A stretch of 64,000 nucleotides of DNA from Eledone cirrhosa (GCA_964016885.1 OZ024754.1:2046001-2110000); one strand, 5' to 3'; counted from the stretch's first letter, positions 28,308 to 44,952 are shown. The notes: generated by a model from the sequence alone, not told the origin. Program-made: numbers and translations.

Positions 28308-28357
<50 letters not shown>

Positions 28358-28420
28358 TATATAGTATATATGTATATGTATGTGTATGTGTTTGTGTGTC
28401 TGAATTATGTGCTTCTTAAG

Positions 28421-28604
28421 AAATTGTTTCTACTTTTGGCACAAGGCCAGCAATTACCCAGTGCATTACTGGTACTTTATTTTATCGACCCCGTAAGGAT
28501 GAAAGGCAAAGTTAACCTCGGCGGGATTTGAACTCAGTCCGTAAAGGGGCGTAACTATGCTGCAAAGCTTAGCGTCCGACCCTCTACCGATACTGCCAAC
28601 CCAC
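28421..28604 (-). mobile_element. SINE family 1, full length
   Basis: Reverse complement of the SINE1 consensus. Confidence 0.9.
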
Positions 28605-29684
28605 CAAGAAATGAATAATCTATGCTTGATATATGACAAGATGGGAAATAAATGGAGAGATGACGTGATAGGGAGATATAAATTAAATGTTGATTAGATA
28701 GATATTTAATATGAAGCCTATACATCCCACCACAGTATTATTATATCTGTCATTCTGTCAATGACTTATTTCTAGTTAATTTTATATATTTACATATCGG
28801 CATTTACTTCCCACTCATTTAAAACCAGAATTAACCATCAAGCTAAATATTTATATTCCTCATTAAGTGTGCAATTTTAATTAATTAAAATTTCTCAGCT
28901 AAATAAAAGTATGATTGCACTGTAATATTTATATTCCATGTGACAAGGAACATTGTTATTATCCCCAAACTCATTCTTTTGTGTTTAAAGATCAAGCAAT
29001 ATTTATTCTCTAACATGCTCTATATGTTCAAATCATCTTCAGTTTTGTCTTACTGAGAAAAGTACATTTTAAACATAATTGAGTGAGGAAGTCATTTCCA
29101 AGTCGCTAGACTTGCGAGGGTTTGGGTGAAATATAATATAGTTTAGAGTCGTGTATCTTTTCAATCGTCGCTTCTCAATCATTAGCTGCCAATATCTATC
29201 TCACGGAGTTTACCATATTCTCTGATCTATTATTACCTTATGACTAACATTGTGTAAAGGGAAAATGTTTGGAAGATCGTCCGGTACACTGTCTTTAAGT
29301 TAAAGTGCCAGTTTTGTCAAGCCCTGACAATCTTGACCTGATGGTGACTTTAATTAATTTTAAAGATTCCAGTTTAATTGTCAATAATGTTTACGTAAAT
29401 TTCATGAGCAGATTATTTCATTAACAAAAAATTAGATCACTCATCATAGGAGCTGACTGAGGTCCATTCCCTTATCAGAGAAATTAGTAAATTCATATAT
29501 GTATAAAATCAAACGACCAGGTGGGATTGAACCCACATTAAAATATCTCAAGTTGCCAAGTGTATCTGACATTTGTTCCCATGACTTCAACATAGCAGCG
29601 AAAATTGTATTTAATTAACTATTAACTCGTCATAATACTACTGGGACTTAAACAGTAAATTATATATATATATATATATATATA

Positions 29685-29726
<42 letters not shown>

Positions 29727-29751
29727 CGTGTATGTGTATATACACACTATG

Positions 29752-29870
<119 letters not shown>

Positions 29871-29871
29871 C

Positions 29872-29903
<32 letters not shown>

Positions 29904-31514
29904 GGCATAATGTGTTTGTATGTTTATATACGTGATTTGGTGTATCTGTTCCCACGTGTAAACTCGTGTGCGTTTTTGTATGTGCATATAAGTGAAAATG
30001 TGGTATGTACTAAGAGAATTGTTAAGATCTATGTGATAACAAGTTTCTCTACGACGGTGGGGATGAAGGAATAAGTTCTTTCAGACAAGGTTGGAATGTT
30101 TGAGATAAACTATAAAGAAACAAGCACGAAAATTAATCGCAAAAGAGAATGAAGAACGAAAGATCAGTGAAATGAAATATGACAGAACAAAAGGAATACT
30201 CCGGAAGATTACGAAGAAAAAATGGTCGATTTTTAATATTATAGTTCGTCTGTTAGGTTTGCTTGCGTTATTTCTTAGAAAGGTTATCTGGACATACTAA
30301 GGCGGTGTTTCATGGTGCTAATCTGTGTGATTTCCATTCCAAAAGATGAAGATTATTGTTCTTGTTTAGTAAAATGTGAAATATATCTAAACTACTTTTT
30401 AAAATTGATTGATGTTCTGATTTTGCCCCACTAGAAGATTATTCTACGTATTCAGGGTTCGTTATCTCGAGGAAGGAATTAAAAGAACGGAAAATATCTT
30501 TGTTCCTTGTTGTTTTCTTTTCGTTGATTATATTGCCAAAGCACTTTGTTCTGATGAAGAAGAATATTTTGAAATGATTTGAGGTGAGTTTGCTGACACC
30601 TTTCACACACTGTATCTTCTTCCATGATAAATAATAATAATAACAATTCTATTTAACCTAAGAGAGTAGAAGTTCGTTTTTTTCTGTGTCACGAATGTGA
30701 CGCAGAGAACTACATAACAAAAACACAGAGTTTTTGGCAAAGCGTCCAGACTTGTAATTTAGTTTCTCATAAAGAGTTCAGGATTAGGCACGTAACAAAC
30801 ATTTTGTGTGACGGAATAGCTGATGGAATATGCTGCTTTAATTCATCGACCCAAGAATCATGAATGGCAAAATGGACATCGGCTGTTATCTAGCACAAAT
30901 TAAATACACGTCAAGTCCTTTTGTCTTCCTCGCTCTCGACTCCACGACTTAATACTTAGAAATTTTAAACCTGATGAAATGCTTTTAATAGAATGGAAGG
31001 GACAGAACCAATGACATTTTTTAGTTCCTTAAATACTGACCGAATTCCTGCGGTTAATATATAGCTACACCAATGTGGAAGATAAGGACATTTCAGAAAT
31101 GTGATGTCCTAAAATAAAGTTACGTATTTACTGTTTATAGTATATTTACTAGTTGAATTAAGAAACCCATTTTTAGAAATTTTCTGCAAACATTTATAGT
31201 CTGTTAAGGCATAAAAACTAACTACGTCTAATGAGACACACAAAAAACGGAGGAGCATGATGATGGTCGCAAGAATTGCAAGAAATAGAAACCAAACTCT
31301 ACACGAAACCATATATCATGGAGAGGCAAAATTAATAAATGTTATCATAGATATAGTAAAAGTGGTCATAGCTGGAATGTCTTTTATCTTAGGTCTGCCA
31401 GGTCACAGCTGGAATTGAACTAAACAACAACAATATAAATATGCTATGAACTTCAGCTGCTAAATATAATTGCTAAGAGAAGTGATCTTCCGATTCGTTA
31501 ACTTTCATTGCTAG

Positions 31515-31544
31515 TTCTATACATACAAAGGGGAAAATACCCTG
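31515..31544 (+). CDS. Candidate 30-nt micro-exon (FYTYKGENTL)
   Basis: Acceptor actttcattgctag, donor gtaagg, open phase-0 frame. Confidence 0.2.
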
Positions 31545-31773
31545 GTAAGGTATGTCTTTATAATATAGTCCATAGAATAGCTGTAAGAAAATTATCTATC
31601 ATTTATTCAGATAACATTTCATTAACCAGAGATAAAGAACCGCCCTATGGGCCATTATTATTCGGATATTGGTAACGATATCTTTAAATTCTCTTTCAAA
31701 TTTATCCTTTTGAATTTTCAAACGTAGATAAGAAGGTCATATATCGGCTGCAGATATTAAGTATATATATTAA

Positions 31774-31834
<61 letters not shown>

Positions 31835-31874
31835 CATAAATATAAAGATAACATACACTATTTATATGTATAGG

Positions 31875-31929
<55 letters not shown>

Positions 31930-31950
31930 TAAAGAAAAGCATAAACTATA

Positions 31951-32016
<66 letters not shown>

Positions 32017-32547
32017 TATATATATATATATGCGTGTGTGTGTGCGTGTGTGTGTGTCTACGTCAGTATACATTAAGCTACACTTGAATAAATATACACA
32101 AGGTGCATAAACAACACGGGGCATGATGAGAGGCGTGCAAGCGTACATTTAAATGTATCTACATACGTGTAAATATGTATATTTATATAATATATTAAAA
32201 TATATTGTTTTTAGAGATTAAATGGAATATTTAATCTAAAAAACAATTCCAGCAGTAACAGGTGCATCGTCTTGAGAATCCAAGAGACTTGTTAATTGGT
32301 GACAAAAGAAGTTTAAAAAAAAGGAAATTTGTTTATGCTACATACAACGCGTGCGATCAAACATATGTATAAAGAGGAACGCAACCCGTGTACACACACA
32401 CACGCACGCACGCGCGCGCACACACACACACTCGCGCGCACACACACACAGACAGACACCTGTATTAAAGCATCGATACACATGACTACGCGCCTAAACA
32501 ATATACGACAAAGTACATGCTTCTACATACACTTATACGTTTATATA

Positions 32548-32624
<77 letters not shown>

Positions 32625-32813
32625 TAAATATATATATAAGACTTTTGATGTATTGAAGGCTTCTTTGTTTTACTCTCTTAATATATATATATATATTTAT
32701 ATATGAACGTGTTTCTTTTTTTGAAACACATATACATATATATATATATATGTTTGTGAAACACAAACGCATATATATATATATATGTATATATATGTAT
32801 TTGTGTGTGTCTG

Positions 32814-32868
<55 letters not shown>

Positions 32869-32946
32869 TAATATATAAATATATAATATATAATATAATA
32901 TACTATACATATATAATATACATTTATATATAATACAATATATATA

Positions 32947-33173
32947 TATATTTATTAAATAACAGATTAAAGTTTAAGCAAAGAATCGCTGCTTTCACCC
33001 TTAACGGGATCTTCTGAAGATCCCGTTAAGGGTGAAAGCAGCGATTCTTTGCTTAAACTTTAATCTGTTATTTAATAAATATTTGCTGTACGGTTCTTAT
33101 ATATTTATAAATTTGATATATATTTATCCTTATCGAGCCCTCTTTGGATTTTAGTCTTCAAATTGATTATTAT

Positions 33174-33178
<5 letters not shown>
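32947..33178 (+). mobile_element. Family B fold-back mini-element in (TA)n
   Basis: ~67-bp perfect arms centred on 33015 (cttc t gaag); right arm reads CTGAAGA tccc gttaa gggt GAAA; ~95-bp tail. Confidence 0.8.
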
Positions 33179-33245
<67 letters not shown>

Positions 33246-33306
33246 ATACATATATAGTATATAATAAAGTAGAAACAATTATATTATATATATTTTATAC
33301 ATAAAT

Positions 33307-33380
33307 GGTGTCCTAAAAAATGTATACATACTTTTATTAGAAACCTGTTGAAGTAATATACATTTTATTGGGGACATCGT
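33307..33380. mobile_element. Tiny mariner-type MITE remnant (duplicated at ~34556-34630)
   Basis: Imperfect TIRs ggtgtcctaaaaaatgtata / tatacattttattgggacatc. Confidence 0.45.
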
Positions 33381-33434
<54 letters not shown>

Positions 33435-33460
33435 CGATATATATATATATATATATATAT

Positions 33461-33881
<421 letters not shown>

Positions 33882-34060
33882 TATATATAAGACTTTTGAT
33901 GTATTGAAGGCTTCTTTGTTTTACTCTCTTAATATATATATATATATTTATATATGAACGTGTTTCTTTTTTTGAAACACATATACATATATATATATAT
34001 ATGTTTGTGAAACACAAACGCATATATATATATATATGTATATGTATTTGTGTGTGTCTG

Positions 34061-34119
<59 letters not shown>

Positions 34120-34197
34120 TAATATATAAATATATAATATATAATATAATATACTATACATATATAATATACATTTATATATAATACAATATATATA

Positions 34198-34424
34198 TAT
34201 ATTTATTAAATAACAGATTAAAGTTTAAGCAAAGAATCGCTGCTTTCACCCTTAACGGGATCTTCTGAAGATCCCGTTAAGGGTGAAAGCAGCGATTCTT
34301 TGCTTAAACTTTAATCTGTTATTTAATAAATATTTGCTGTACGGTTCTTATATATTTATAAATTTGATATATATTTATCCTTATCGAGCCCTCTTTGGAT
34401 TTTAGTCTTCAAATTGATTATTAT

Positions 34425-34429
<5 letters not shown>
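34198..34429 (+). mobile_element. Family B fold-back mini-element (duplicate)
   Basis: Same as 32947-33178, centred at 34266. Confidence 0.8.
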
Positions 34430-34494
<65 letters not shown>

Positions 34495-34629
34495 ATACAT
34501 ATATAGTATATAATAAAGTAGAAACAATTATATTATATATATTTCATACATAAATGGTGTCCTAAAAAATGTATACATACTTTTATTAGAAACCTGTTGA
34601 AGTAATATACATTTTATTGGGGACATCGT

Positions 34630-34681
<52 letters not shown>

Positions 34682-34707
34682 CGATATATATATATATATA
34701 TATATAT

Positions 34708-35130
<423 letters not shown>

Positions 35131-35184
35131 TATGTATGTATATATATATGTGTATGTATATATATATATGTATGTATTTATATA

Positions 35185-35282
<98 letters not shown>

Positions 35283-35573
35283 AAGAAAGGGAGAGAGTAT
35301 TGTTGAAATTCAGACTACAATGTTTGAAGGAGAAATTAAAAGCTTTTTGACATACATTAATCAGATTAAAGACACAACAGACGATAAATAGTAATTATAA
35401 CCCACGTGACCTATCTGAGAAACTATTATTTTATTACTTTGTGAAATACTGCCAAATCTTTAGTGTAAAATTAGTTATGGTAATGAGTTTAATAATTGAA
35501 GAGACTGCAGCTGGCCCAGGATAAATATAGAAAATTCACTTTGATAATAATATTGATAATATTAATAATAATA

Positions 35574-35604
<31 letters not shown>

Positions 35605-35833
35605 GAGTCTGTGTGTGTATATTTATATAAAGACGAATAAAAAGAAGAAGCAGCCCTCAACCTGACAGCAAGTATTCGTCTAATATTCAAAGATATTTTA
35701 TTCCAAGCAAGTTGAGTTTTAAATTTAGATCTTTATCGGGAAAGAAAACACTTTGTGTTGTTCTGCATTACACCCACTTACCATCGTCCGGGGAAATGCC
35801 TTCTCCATTCTGTCTACCGGAGCTGTGGGGTAG

Positions 35834-36434
35834 CCAGCACGTGGGACCCCATTTGCTCACCATACATAGAGATGTGGAGGGCGAAAGAAATGAAGGCGAT
35901 GACAGTGGGAGTTCGTCTCTTCCACGTTCGGACCCAGCACGTGGGACCCCATTTGTTCACCATACATAGAGATGTGGAGGGCGAAAGAGATGAAGGCGAT
36001 GACAGTGGGAGTTCGTCTCTTCCACGTTCGGACCCAGCACGTGGGACCCCATTTGCTCACCATACATAGAGATGTGGAGGGCGAAAGAGATGGAGGCGAT
36101 GACAGTGGGAGTTCGTCTCTCCCACGTTCGGACCCAGCACGTGGGACCCCATTTGTTCACCATACATAGAGATGTGGAGGGCGAAAGAGATGAAGGCGAT
36201 GACAGTGGGAGTTCGTCTCTTCCACGTTCGGACCCAGCACGTGGGACCCCATTTGCTCACCATACATAGAGATGTGGAGGGCGAAAGAAATGGAGGCGAT
36301 GACAGTTGGAGTTCGTCTCTTCCACGTTCGGACCCAGCACGTGGGACCCCATTTGCTCACCATACATAGAGATGTGGAGGGCGAAAGAAATGGAGGCGAT
36401 GACAGTTGGAGTTCGTCTCTTCCACGTTCGGACC
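35834..36434. repeat. 6 x 100-bp tandem array
   Basis: ccagcacgtgggacccc recurs at 35834, 35934, 36034, 36134, 36234 and 36334; a few variant positions. Confidence 0.95.
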
Positions 36435-38817
36435 ATATCCGTTTGGTAGTGGTCATTATCTATAGATAACTATATAACATTTCAATTTGGAAAATTAGTG
36501 AAAGTTCTACTTATATTTGTATAATTAATACATAGATCCCCCAAACTTCTGAAGGTGCAACGAAGCTGATTAATAGAATGACACGAATAAGGAATAGATA
36601 GAGACGAATCGATCGCTGTGGATTCGTTGCGAAATCTGAGAATTGTGTCGCTGCGATTGGAACTCATGGACGTCGTTCAAACATTGCTATCCATTCTAAC
36701 CGCTGTTTTAATGATTCATCGTTTATCACATACTGAATAAAAAATATTTTAAAAGTTGCATAGATATCGAACTCAGAAACGTACACCTCAACGAACCATA
36801 GTTTATTTGTTAAAATTCATGACTTCACTACAACGCTGCTCTCCCTCACGTTTTATCAATGTCTAAAGAAGTTTAAAAGCTGTGCATAATTTAAAATTTC
36901 TTTGTGTATATATTGAATATGAAGCGATAGAATTGTTCAACTGCTATTTAATTACTGAACAAATATCATGCAATTCATCTGTCCGCTTTTGCAACCTTAG
37001 GGTCATTAACATGATTTATATTTCAACTGTTGCGTTTATCGTTTATTAAATAGCTTGCCTCTGAATAACACATGCTTTTGTTATGTTTTATAGAACAGAG
37101 ATCAACCTCCAACCATTCCCGACGTAGTGCTATCTTAGTGTTAGAGATAATCTTCACAACAATAGAATTGGTTAAAGAAGTTTACCTCTGTAATAGAGAT
37201 ATCTAAATGTCTATAGTTTATAATATTTTCAATACTCCACTTCAGCGAGACATCATGTTCTTCTATAGCATTATTTTCTGTCCTCTTTATTTTTATTTTT
37301 CATTTCTATTTTACTTTGTTCTGAATAATGCATAATTCCCCCTACCATTATCACCATTAACAACAGCAGAAACAACATCACCACATTTAGGCAGTATTAA
37401 TGTATTCAGTATTTTATTTAATGCTTTTTTAATGATATTTTCGTCGGTTTAATATTCTAACTACCTGTTTGAGATAATACTTCATCTGGTGTGTTTCAGT
37501 AAAAATATTAATTATTTAACGGAAAAATTTCCATTGCCTCTGTATCTTAATAGTTTTACTGATAAGCGTTGGAAGTGGTTTTTCCATAGTTGCAAACTGG
37601 CTGTGTTCTAAAGTTTAGGTAAATAGCTGAAGGTGTTTTCAAAATGATTCCATTATAGATGCTATGCCATTTACATAGAAATAAAGTTTACGCAATTTTG
37701 TATAGGCATTTATCGCAGTGTTTAATATGGACAAAGGTGACATATCTAGCGCCAATAGCGTGACTATTAATGTTGAACCGAGAGAGAAGAGAAGAGGGTG
37801 ACTGTTATTGTGGAATCGGTATGGTAAGGAAGGTGCTTTATCGTTGACAGGAGTGAGAATGAAAAGGAGGTGAGATTGGGGCTGGCATTATGTTACTGAT
37901 TTTTCTTTGATGCCCTGAATAAGTTATAAGAGCTGAGAAAATATATATCATCTTCAGATGTAAAGAGAGTTATTAGGAGATAATATGAAATAAGCATATG
38001 AATTCAATAATTCATGTATATATATATATATATACACACACACACATATATATATATAATGTGTGTCTGTGTCTAGTGTATTTATTTATATATCTATATA
38101 TATATACAAGTATATATATATGAGTGTGTTTGTGTTTGTGTTTACACACGCTTGTTACCAAATATCTATAGAATAAAATAAAAATATGCATATATATTCA
38201 TGACGTAAATACATTAAAAGTTTTAAATACAGAAAGTTAAGTGTACGGAACATTAGGGTGGGTGAGTATGTTCAAGTGTTCATGCGTGAGTATGTGAGTT
38301 TATAAAAATGTATGTGTAATTTTTTTCGTTGATATGATTGGGTGGGCATTAGCTGGCTGCATTAATTTGCTCTGACCTTAAACAATGTAAGAGAATAAAT
38401 AAAACAGACGAGAGATCGACGTGTCTAAAAAGCGATGTTCCACGCTAAGCTGACGATAGGGTTGTGTTTCGGTTCTAACCAAGCTAGGTCAAAAGAAAAT
38501 GGAAAAAGGATGACCGAATATGATTTGTAAATGCGATAAGAAGCAGCGAAGAAGAGATGAATCACACGGTGACAGTTCATTGACTTTCTAGTGACCTTTT
38601 TATACAAAGAAGAAACACTGGGAGTAATGGACAGAATCAGTGTGGTGTGGAGAAAATGGTGGAAGAAAAAATAATTGATGAGGGATCACAGAAACTGGAA
38701 GAAGAAGAAAAAGAAGAAGAAGAAGAAGAAGAAGCTATAACAACACCAAAAATGTAAAACAACAGATAAACAATGAAGAACATTAAATCTATCAGCCTTT
38801 ATAAACCTGCTAATATA

Positions 38818-38891
<74 letters not shown>

Positions 38892-41074
38892 GTATATATA
38901 TATGTGTATATATATATATTTATATATAATGTGGAGGGCTGTATATATCTGTATATATATATATATATATTACTGATATTGAAAAAGGCAACATCAAAGA
39001 CTTGTGCAGTTTCGTAAAAGTGGCCGGGGGCACGAGGAACAATTTGTGAGATTGTATACAGGCTCTTGGTATCGGATTTATTAATTTTGCGGGAAAGTGC
39101 TGCGAACAATAAAGAAATGAGTGAAAAGGTGATAAGATATATAAACAACAACAAGAACAAAAGCAAAAATATCAGAGGCCAAAAAGATATCTAGAAATAA
39201 GCAATGGAAGTGTAAAAATCGATGGCTTTAATTCTGAACTCTTCCTCCCTATGTGCTAAATTGGCGCCCTTAGGCCTTCTGCGAGAAAACTTACACTTTC
39301 AATAAAGCTATTTGAAAAGAGATATAATATTTTCTTGCTGTATTATCAAGGGTTGTGCTTAAAAGTATTCGATGCTGACAAGATATATACATAAAAAAAA
39401 AGAAGAATATCATTCAAATATCTTCGTCTAGGGAGCGTGATATTTGATTCCGCTTAGATTTAGTGCATACACTTTATATTCTTATTATTTTCTTTGTTTT
39501 CTCAAATGTTTTTACTGATTAATTTATTGAACAGAGCAAAGAGAAATAAATCCAAGACATTTATTTTTGCTTGAGTTATTGTAAAACTTCAATAATGAAT
39601 TATTTGTTGTTAATTATCAGAAAGAGATAATGCTACTAGTACGCGACATACAAACATTTACGATTTAATATTTGTCTCATTTGAAGAGTTACTTAAAATC
39701 TCTATAAAGACGGCATTATTAGTTAGTAGTTTTCGATGATATTTGCTTCTAAATCATCACTGAAAGAACAAAATATTTCTAGGCAAGACTACACAGTCTT
39801 CCCAATAGGTTTAATGTTTTGTACGCTTTTGGGGAGAGAGTGGATAGCGATTTGGTGAATATAGGACTGGTTGTTTAATTTGATGTTTAGTACAAAAACA
39901 GTACTGGTATAACACGTCTATGATTAAAGGTTTTCAAACCATGACTATATAGTTTATGTTTAAGATATAATGCATCAAGGCATCCTTTATCTTTTCTGTT
40001 TTCAAGATAGTGATAAAATTTGGCTCCTATTATTAGCACATCAAGTGACCAGAGAGAGCCCTAAATCACTCGTTCTTTTACAGTGTTGAGGGAGTGATAT
40101 CCTTCTCAGCTCATATATCAAAATTACACACACAGTGGGAGTGTGCGTGTGTATGTGTGTGCGCGTGCATGTGTGTGTGTGTTTGTGTGTGTATGTGTGT
40201 GCGTGAGTGTATGTGTGTGTGTGTGTGTCAATGTGTGCGCTTGAGTAAATAGATGCTACTCTCTTCATAACTGCCGTCTCAACTGTATGTGGCTATCTAA
40301 AGCAATATTTCAACCATCTAAAGTCAGTGAAACACATACAGGGCTTAATGAAAGCTACTTAAATATACTCTCGCAATACATTTATCCAGAGATCTAATTC
40401 TTCACTAATTATACGTAGAGTGTAATGAATATTAATATTAAAAGTATAAAATGCATAGAGTGTAGTATTTATATGACAGAGAGGTATACCATGCTATAGA
40501 CATTTACAATATTACAAGTATAAATGGGTCAAACTTAATGAATTCTAGTTGACGTTTCCATCAATATTTATTAAGGAATTTCTAACTACCTACTAGCTAA
40601 AATTCTTTATTTCCCACATAAAGGGCTGTTATCTCTTGCTCGCATAACGAAGAAAATAAAACACTTTCAGTTATTCGTCAACATTGAGATTGCATTAACA
40701 ATATCGACAATTCTTGCTTTTGTATATTTGACATATCTGATCCTGAAGACATCAAAATACCACGTGTCTTTATACATGAATATATGAAGCGATCTGCGTT
40801 AGGAAATTGAATAGATGAATGCCTGACACATTTTCTAATGGGCTTTCATTCACTGACTATATCTCGCTGAGTAATCGTATTTAAAAGTATTTACGAATAT
40901 TTTTACTTATATATTGTCACACGATCTCCATTCTGCCGTCGGTAGAATAATTGACAATGTGAAATTCTGAGCATTTTTCAGCTCCTCATAAAATATATAA
41001 ACTCTACTTTAGGTATAATTGTACATGCAAAGTTTGACATTCGTTTATTTATATATATATATTTATATGTTTAT

Positions 41075-41170
<96 letters not shown>

Positions 41171-41513
41171 GAAAAGAACAAACAAAACGCAGGAGGCAAT
41201 TGTACATAGTTGTATTATATTCTGATATTTCTATATTAAATTGATATCCGCACATTTTTCTATATGTCCATATTGTGTGATATTCTATAGCTCGCATTTT
41301 AAATTCTGAACCCATAATCTTTAATCTATTCGTTTATATATTCATTCATCGATATATACATGTGTTATCAGTGGAGGGTGTTCTGCTAACTATGAATGTT
41401 GCTGTTGTTGTTATTGTTGGTGTTGTTGGTGGTGGAGGTACGCATGTTGTCACTTAACATCCACTATGATGACAGTGAGTGACACCACCTCTAGTAGTGT
41501 AATTATTGATATG

Positions 41514-42050
<537 letters not shown>

Positions 42051-42215
42051 ATAATAATAAATTTGAAGACTAAAATCCAATAAGGATAAATATATATCAC
42101 ATATATAAGAACCGTAGAGCAAATATATATAGGGTTTCCTCAAATATGTATACTTAATTTGATTAGAATGCTAACGAAGTGTGTATACATTTTTGCTATA
42201 TATATATATACATCT

Positions 42216-42317
<102 letters not shown>

Positions 42318-42710
42318 CGATTGTATTGTTATTTCTGTTTAACTTTTTCATACATACGCATATATATATATATATATATATTTGTGTGTGTATGTATGTA
42401 TATATATATTTGCTGTAGGTCAAGAAATTGTAAATATAGGATTATATGCTCTGGATTCACAAATACTAATATATTGACCATTACAGTTGACAATTCCCAC
42501 ATTACCACCATTAGCTTTGACAGAAACTACAAATTTAAACATAATAAACCATTATCTGGACAGAACAATTAAATTCTATATTTAATTATGTAAGTAAACT
42601 CCCATAAATTTGTTGGAGCTGTGAAACCTCTCTTTAAATGTGAATCACCATTATCACCTTTACTATTATCAAATTTATACTAGAAAATACTAATATATAT
42701 ATATATATAT

Positions 42711-43186
42711 GGTACATTTCTTTAAGTCGTTTGGAAGCCTCGACAATGCAGATGGGTAAATCTCCTGGTAACAAGATCCGGTGGTGGAGAGAGAGATGTA
42801 AGTGGGTGTTCGTTGAGATGTGTAGCGTGTATAAGACTGTAACGTGTAGAGGAATGAAGGAATGAGCGTAAAGGATAAAAATAAAAATAACAACACGAGA
42901 AAGAGTTACCTTGGGAGAGATTTGGGACAATTAAATCTCTCCCAAGGTAACTCTTTCTCGTGTTGTTATTTTTATTTTTATCCTTTACGCTCATTCCTTC
43001 ATTCCTCTACACGTTACAGTCTTATACATGCCACGCATCTCAACGAACACCCACTTACATCTCTCTCTCCACCACCGGATCTTGTTACCTGGAGATTTAC
43101 CCATCTGCATTGTCGAGGCTTCCAAACGACTTACAGAAATTTACCTTATTATTCCACAAAGCTTCAAGCAAACTTCAATACTCTCA

Positions 43187-43187
<1 letters not shown>
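42711..43187. mobile_element. Long fold-back element (~213-bp arms) in (TA)n
   Basis: Arms 42711-42923 and 42933-43145, 9-nt loop gggacaatt, few mismatches; right arm extends ~40 bp. Confidence 0.8.
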
Positions 43188-43275
<88 letters not shown>

Positions 43276-43279
<4 letters not shown>

Positions 43280-43541
43280 ATTATAATAATAATAATAAAT
43301 GTGAAAGTGAAAATCCGAAGAGGGCTCGATATATACATATATATAAAACCCGTAGAGCAAATATTTATTAAAATAACAGATTAAAGTTTAAGCAAAGAAT
43401 CGCTGCTTTCAGCCTTTCACCCTTAACGGGATCCCGTTAAGGGCGAAACCGAAACGTTACGACACTCTTCCTGCTATATCAAGCGTTAACCTTATATCCC
43501 TTCCATATACTGTACCGATTGTGTTGTTATTTCTGTTTACA
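43276..43541. mobile_element. Chimera: family B (minus) joined head-to-head to family C (plus)
   Basis: Family B reverse complement to ~43433, short palindrome cccttaacgggatcccgttaaggg, then ccgaaacgtta...tcaagcgttaacc...gttatttctgtttac matching 55915-56008. Confidence 0.7.
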
Positions 43542-43994
43542 TATATATATATATGAAGATAATCCTCTTTACATATATACAATGAAGATAATCCTCTGTC
43601 AAACTATATTATAAATAATATATAATAGGGTTGATCAATGATCGACTCAGTCATAACTAACCTGGCATTACAAATCTAAGGACAAACAAAATATCAATAG
43701 AAAAGTCACTGATGAACATTTCTCAGATACTAATAAAATGGTGGTACCAATCTTAATATAATCGACTTGTACGCATTAGGTGTTAAACCAACACAAATTA
43801 GGGGACATTTTTAGGGTCTGAACACAGCTTCTCCATCTTCATTCAGAGCTACAGCCGGGATTAAACCTTAACAACATCCGCTTTAAAAACACACTGAGAG
43901 AGCCTCTACATGGTCATTTACTTTTGTTAGAAATACCAGCCAATATTCCATCGATTAACAAACCATCGCCTGCAACAAATAAGGGGATAATATA

Positions 43995-44179
43995 TAATTG
44001 TTGCTACTTTTTGGCACAAGGCCAGCAATTATCCCAGTGCATTACTGGTACTTTATTTTATCGACCCCGTAAGGATGAAAGGCAAAGTTAACCTCGATGG
44101 GATTTGAACTAGACCGTAAAGGGACGTAACTATGATAGAAAGCATGGCGTCCGTCTCTCTACCGATACTGCCAATTCAC
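43995..44179 (-). mobile_element. SINE family 1, full length
   Basis: Reverse complement of the SINE1 consensus. Confidence 0.9.
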
Positions 44180-44514
44180 TGCCCTATAATATCGCATTAT
44201 ATATTATCCACTATAAGGGGATAATATATAATGTAATACCAAATACCTTTATAAAGGACAGGGTGTTTTTGTGGATGTAATATCGTTGATCCTACTGTCT
44301 GCTCAGTCGTATGATTTACCAGGGGCTAAACAAAATAACACAACGTTTTACTGAGATATAAAATAATATAAATGCTTCAGTGTAAACAATCAACTAATTG
44401 AAACTAATGTATTGGAAGTAATAAATCAACACGAAATTGAAAAGAAAAATAGAAAAAAACAGAAAAATAAAAAAAAGATATTCAACGGTCTTTCGTATAT
44501 TGAAACAACAAGAA

Positions 44515-44515
44515 T

Positions 44516-44573
<58 letters not shown>

Positions 44574-44640
44574 GCTGCTGCTGCTACTACTACTACTACT
44601 GTTGCTGCTGCTACTACTGCTGCTTCTGCTGATACTGCTG

Positions 44641-44689
<49 letters not shown>

Positions 44690-44952
44690 CAGCACCAGTA
44701 CCACCACCACTACTACTAGTACTACTACTCCTACTAGTACTGCTGCTGCTACAAAATGAAGACAAATAAATAAAAATGGTACGAAACTGAGGATTAAGTT
44801 TAAAATAAAACAACTAGGAAGTAATCGACGGCAAAATGAAATAACAACAATGGCGGCCACCTGACTGTCATCAGCACCATCACCCTCAGCATCATCTTCG
44901 TTATCATCACCACCACCACCACCACCACCACCACCATCATCATCATCACCAC

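Noticed and set aside
35834-36434. CRISPR array or repeated small genes
   Set aside because: Units repeat end to end with no unique spacers, the context is eukaryotic and no cas genes are present.
36480-36690. Tc1 transposase C-terminal remnant (AVDSL.. / CVAAIGTHG)
   Set aside because: Needs several frameshifts; similarity is too weak to support by eye.
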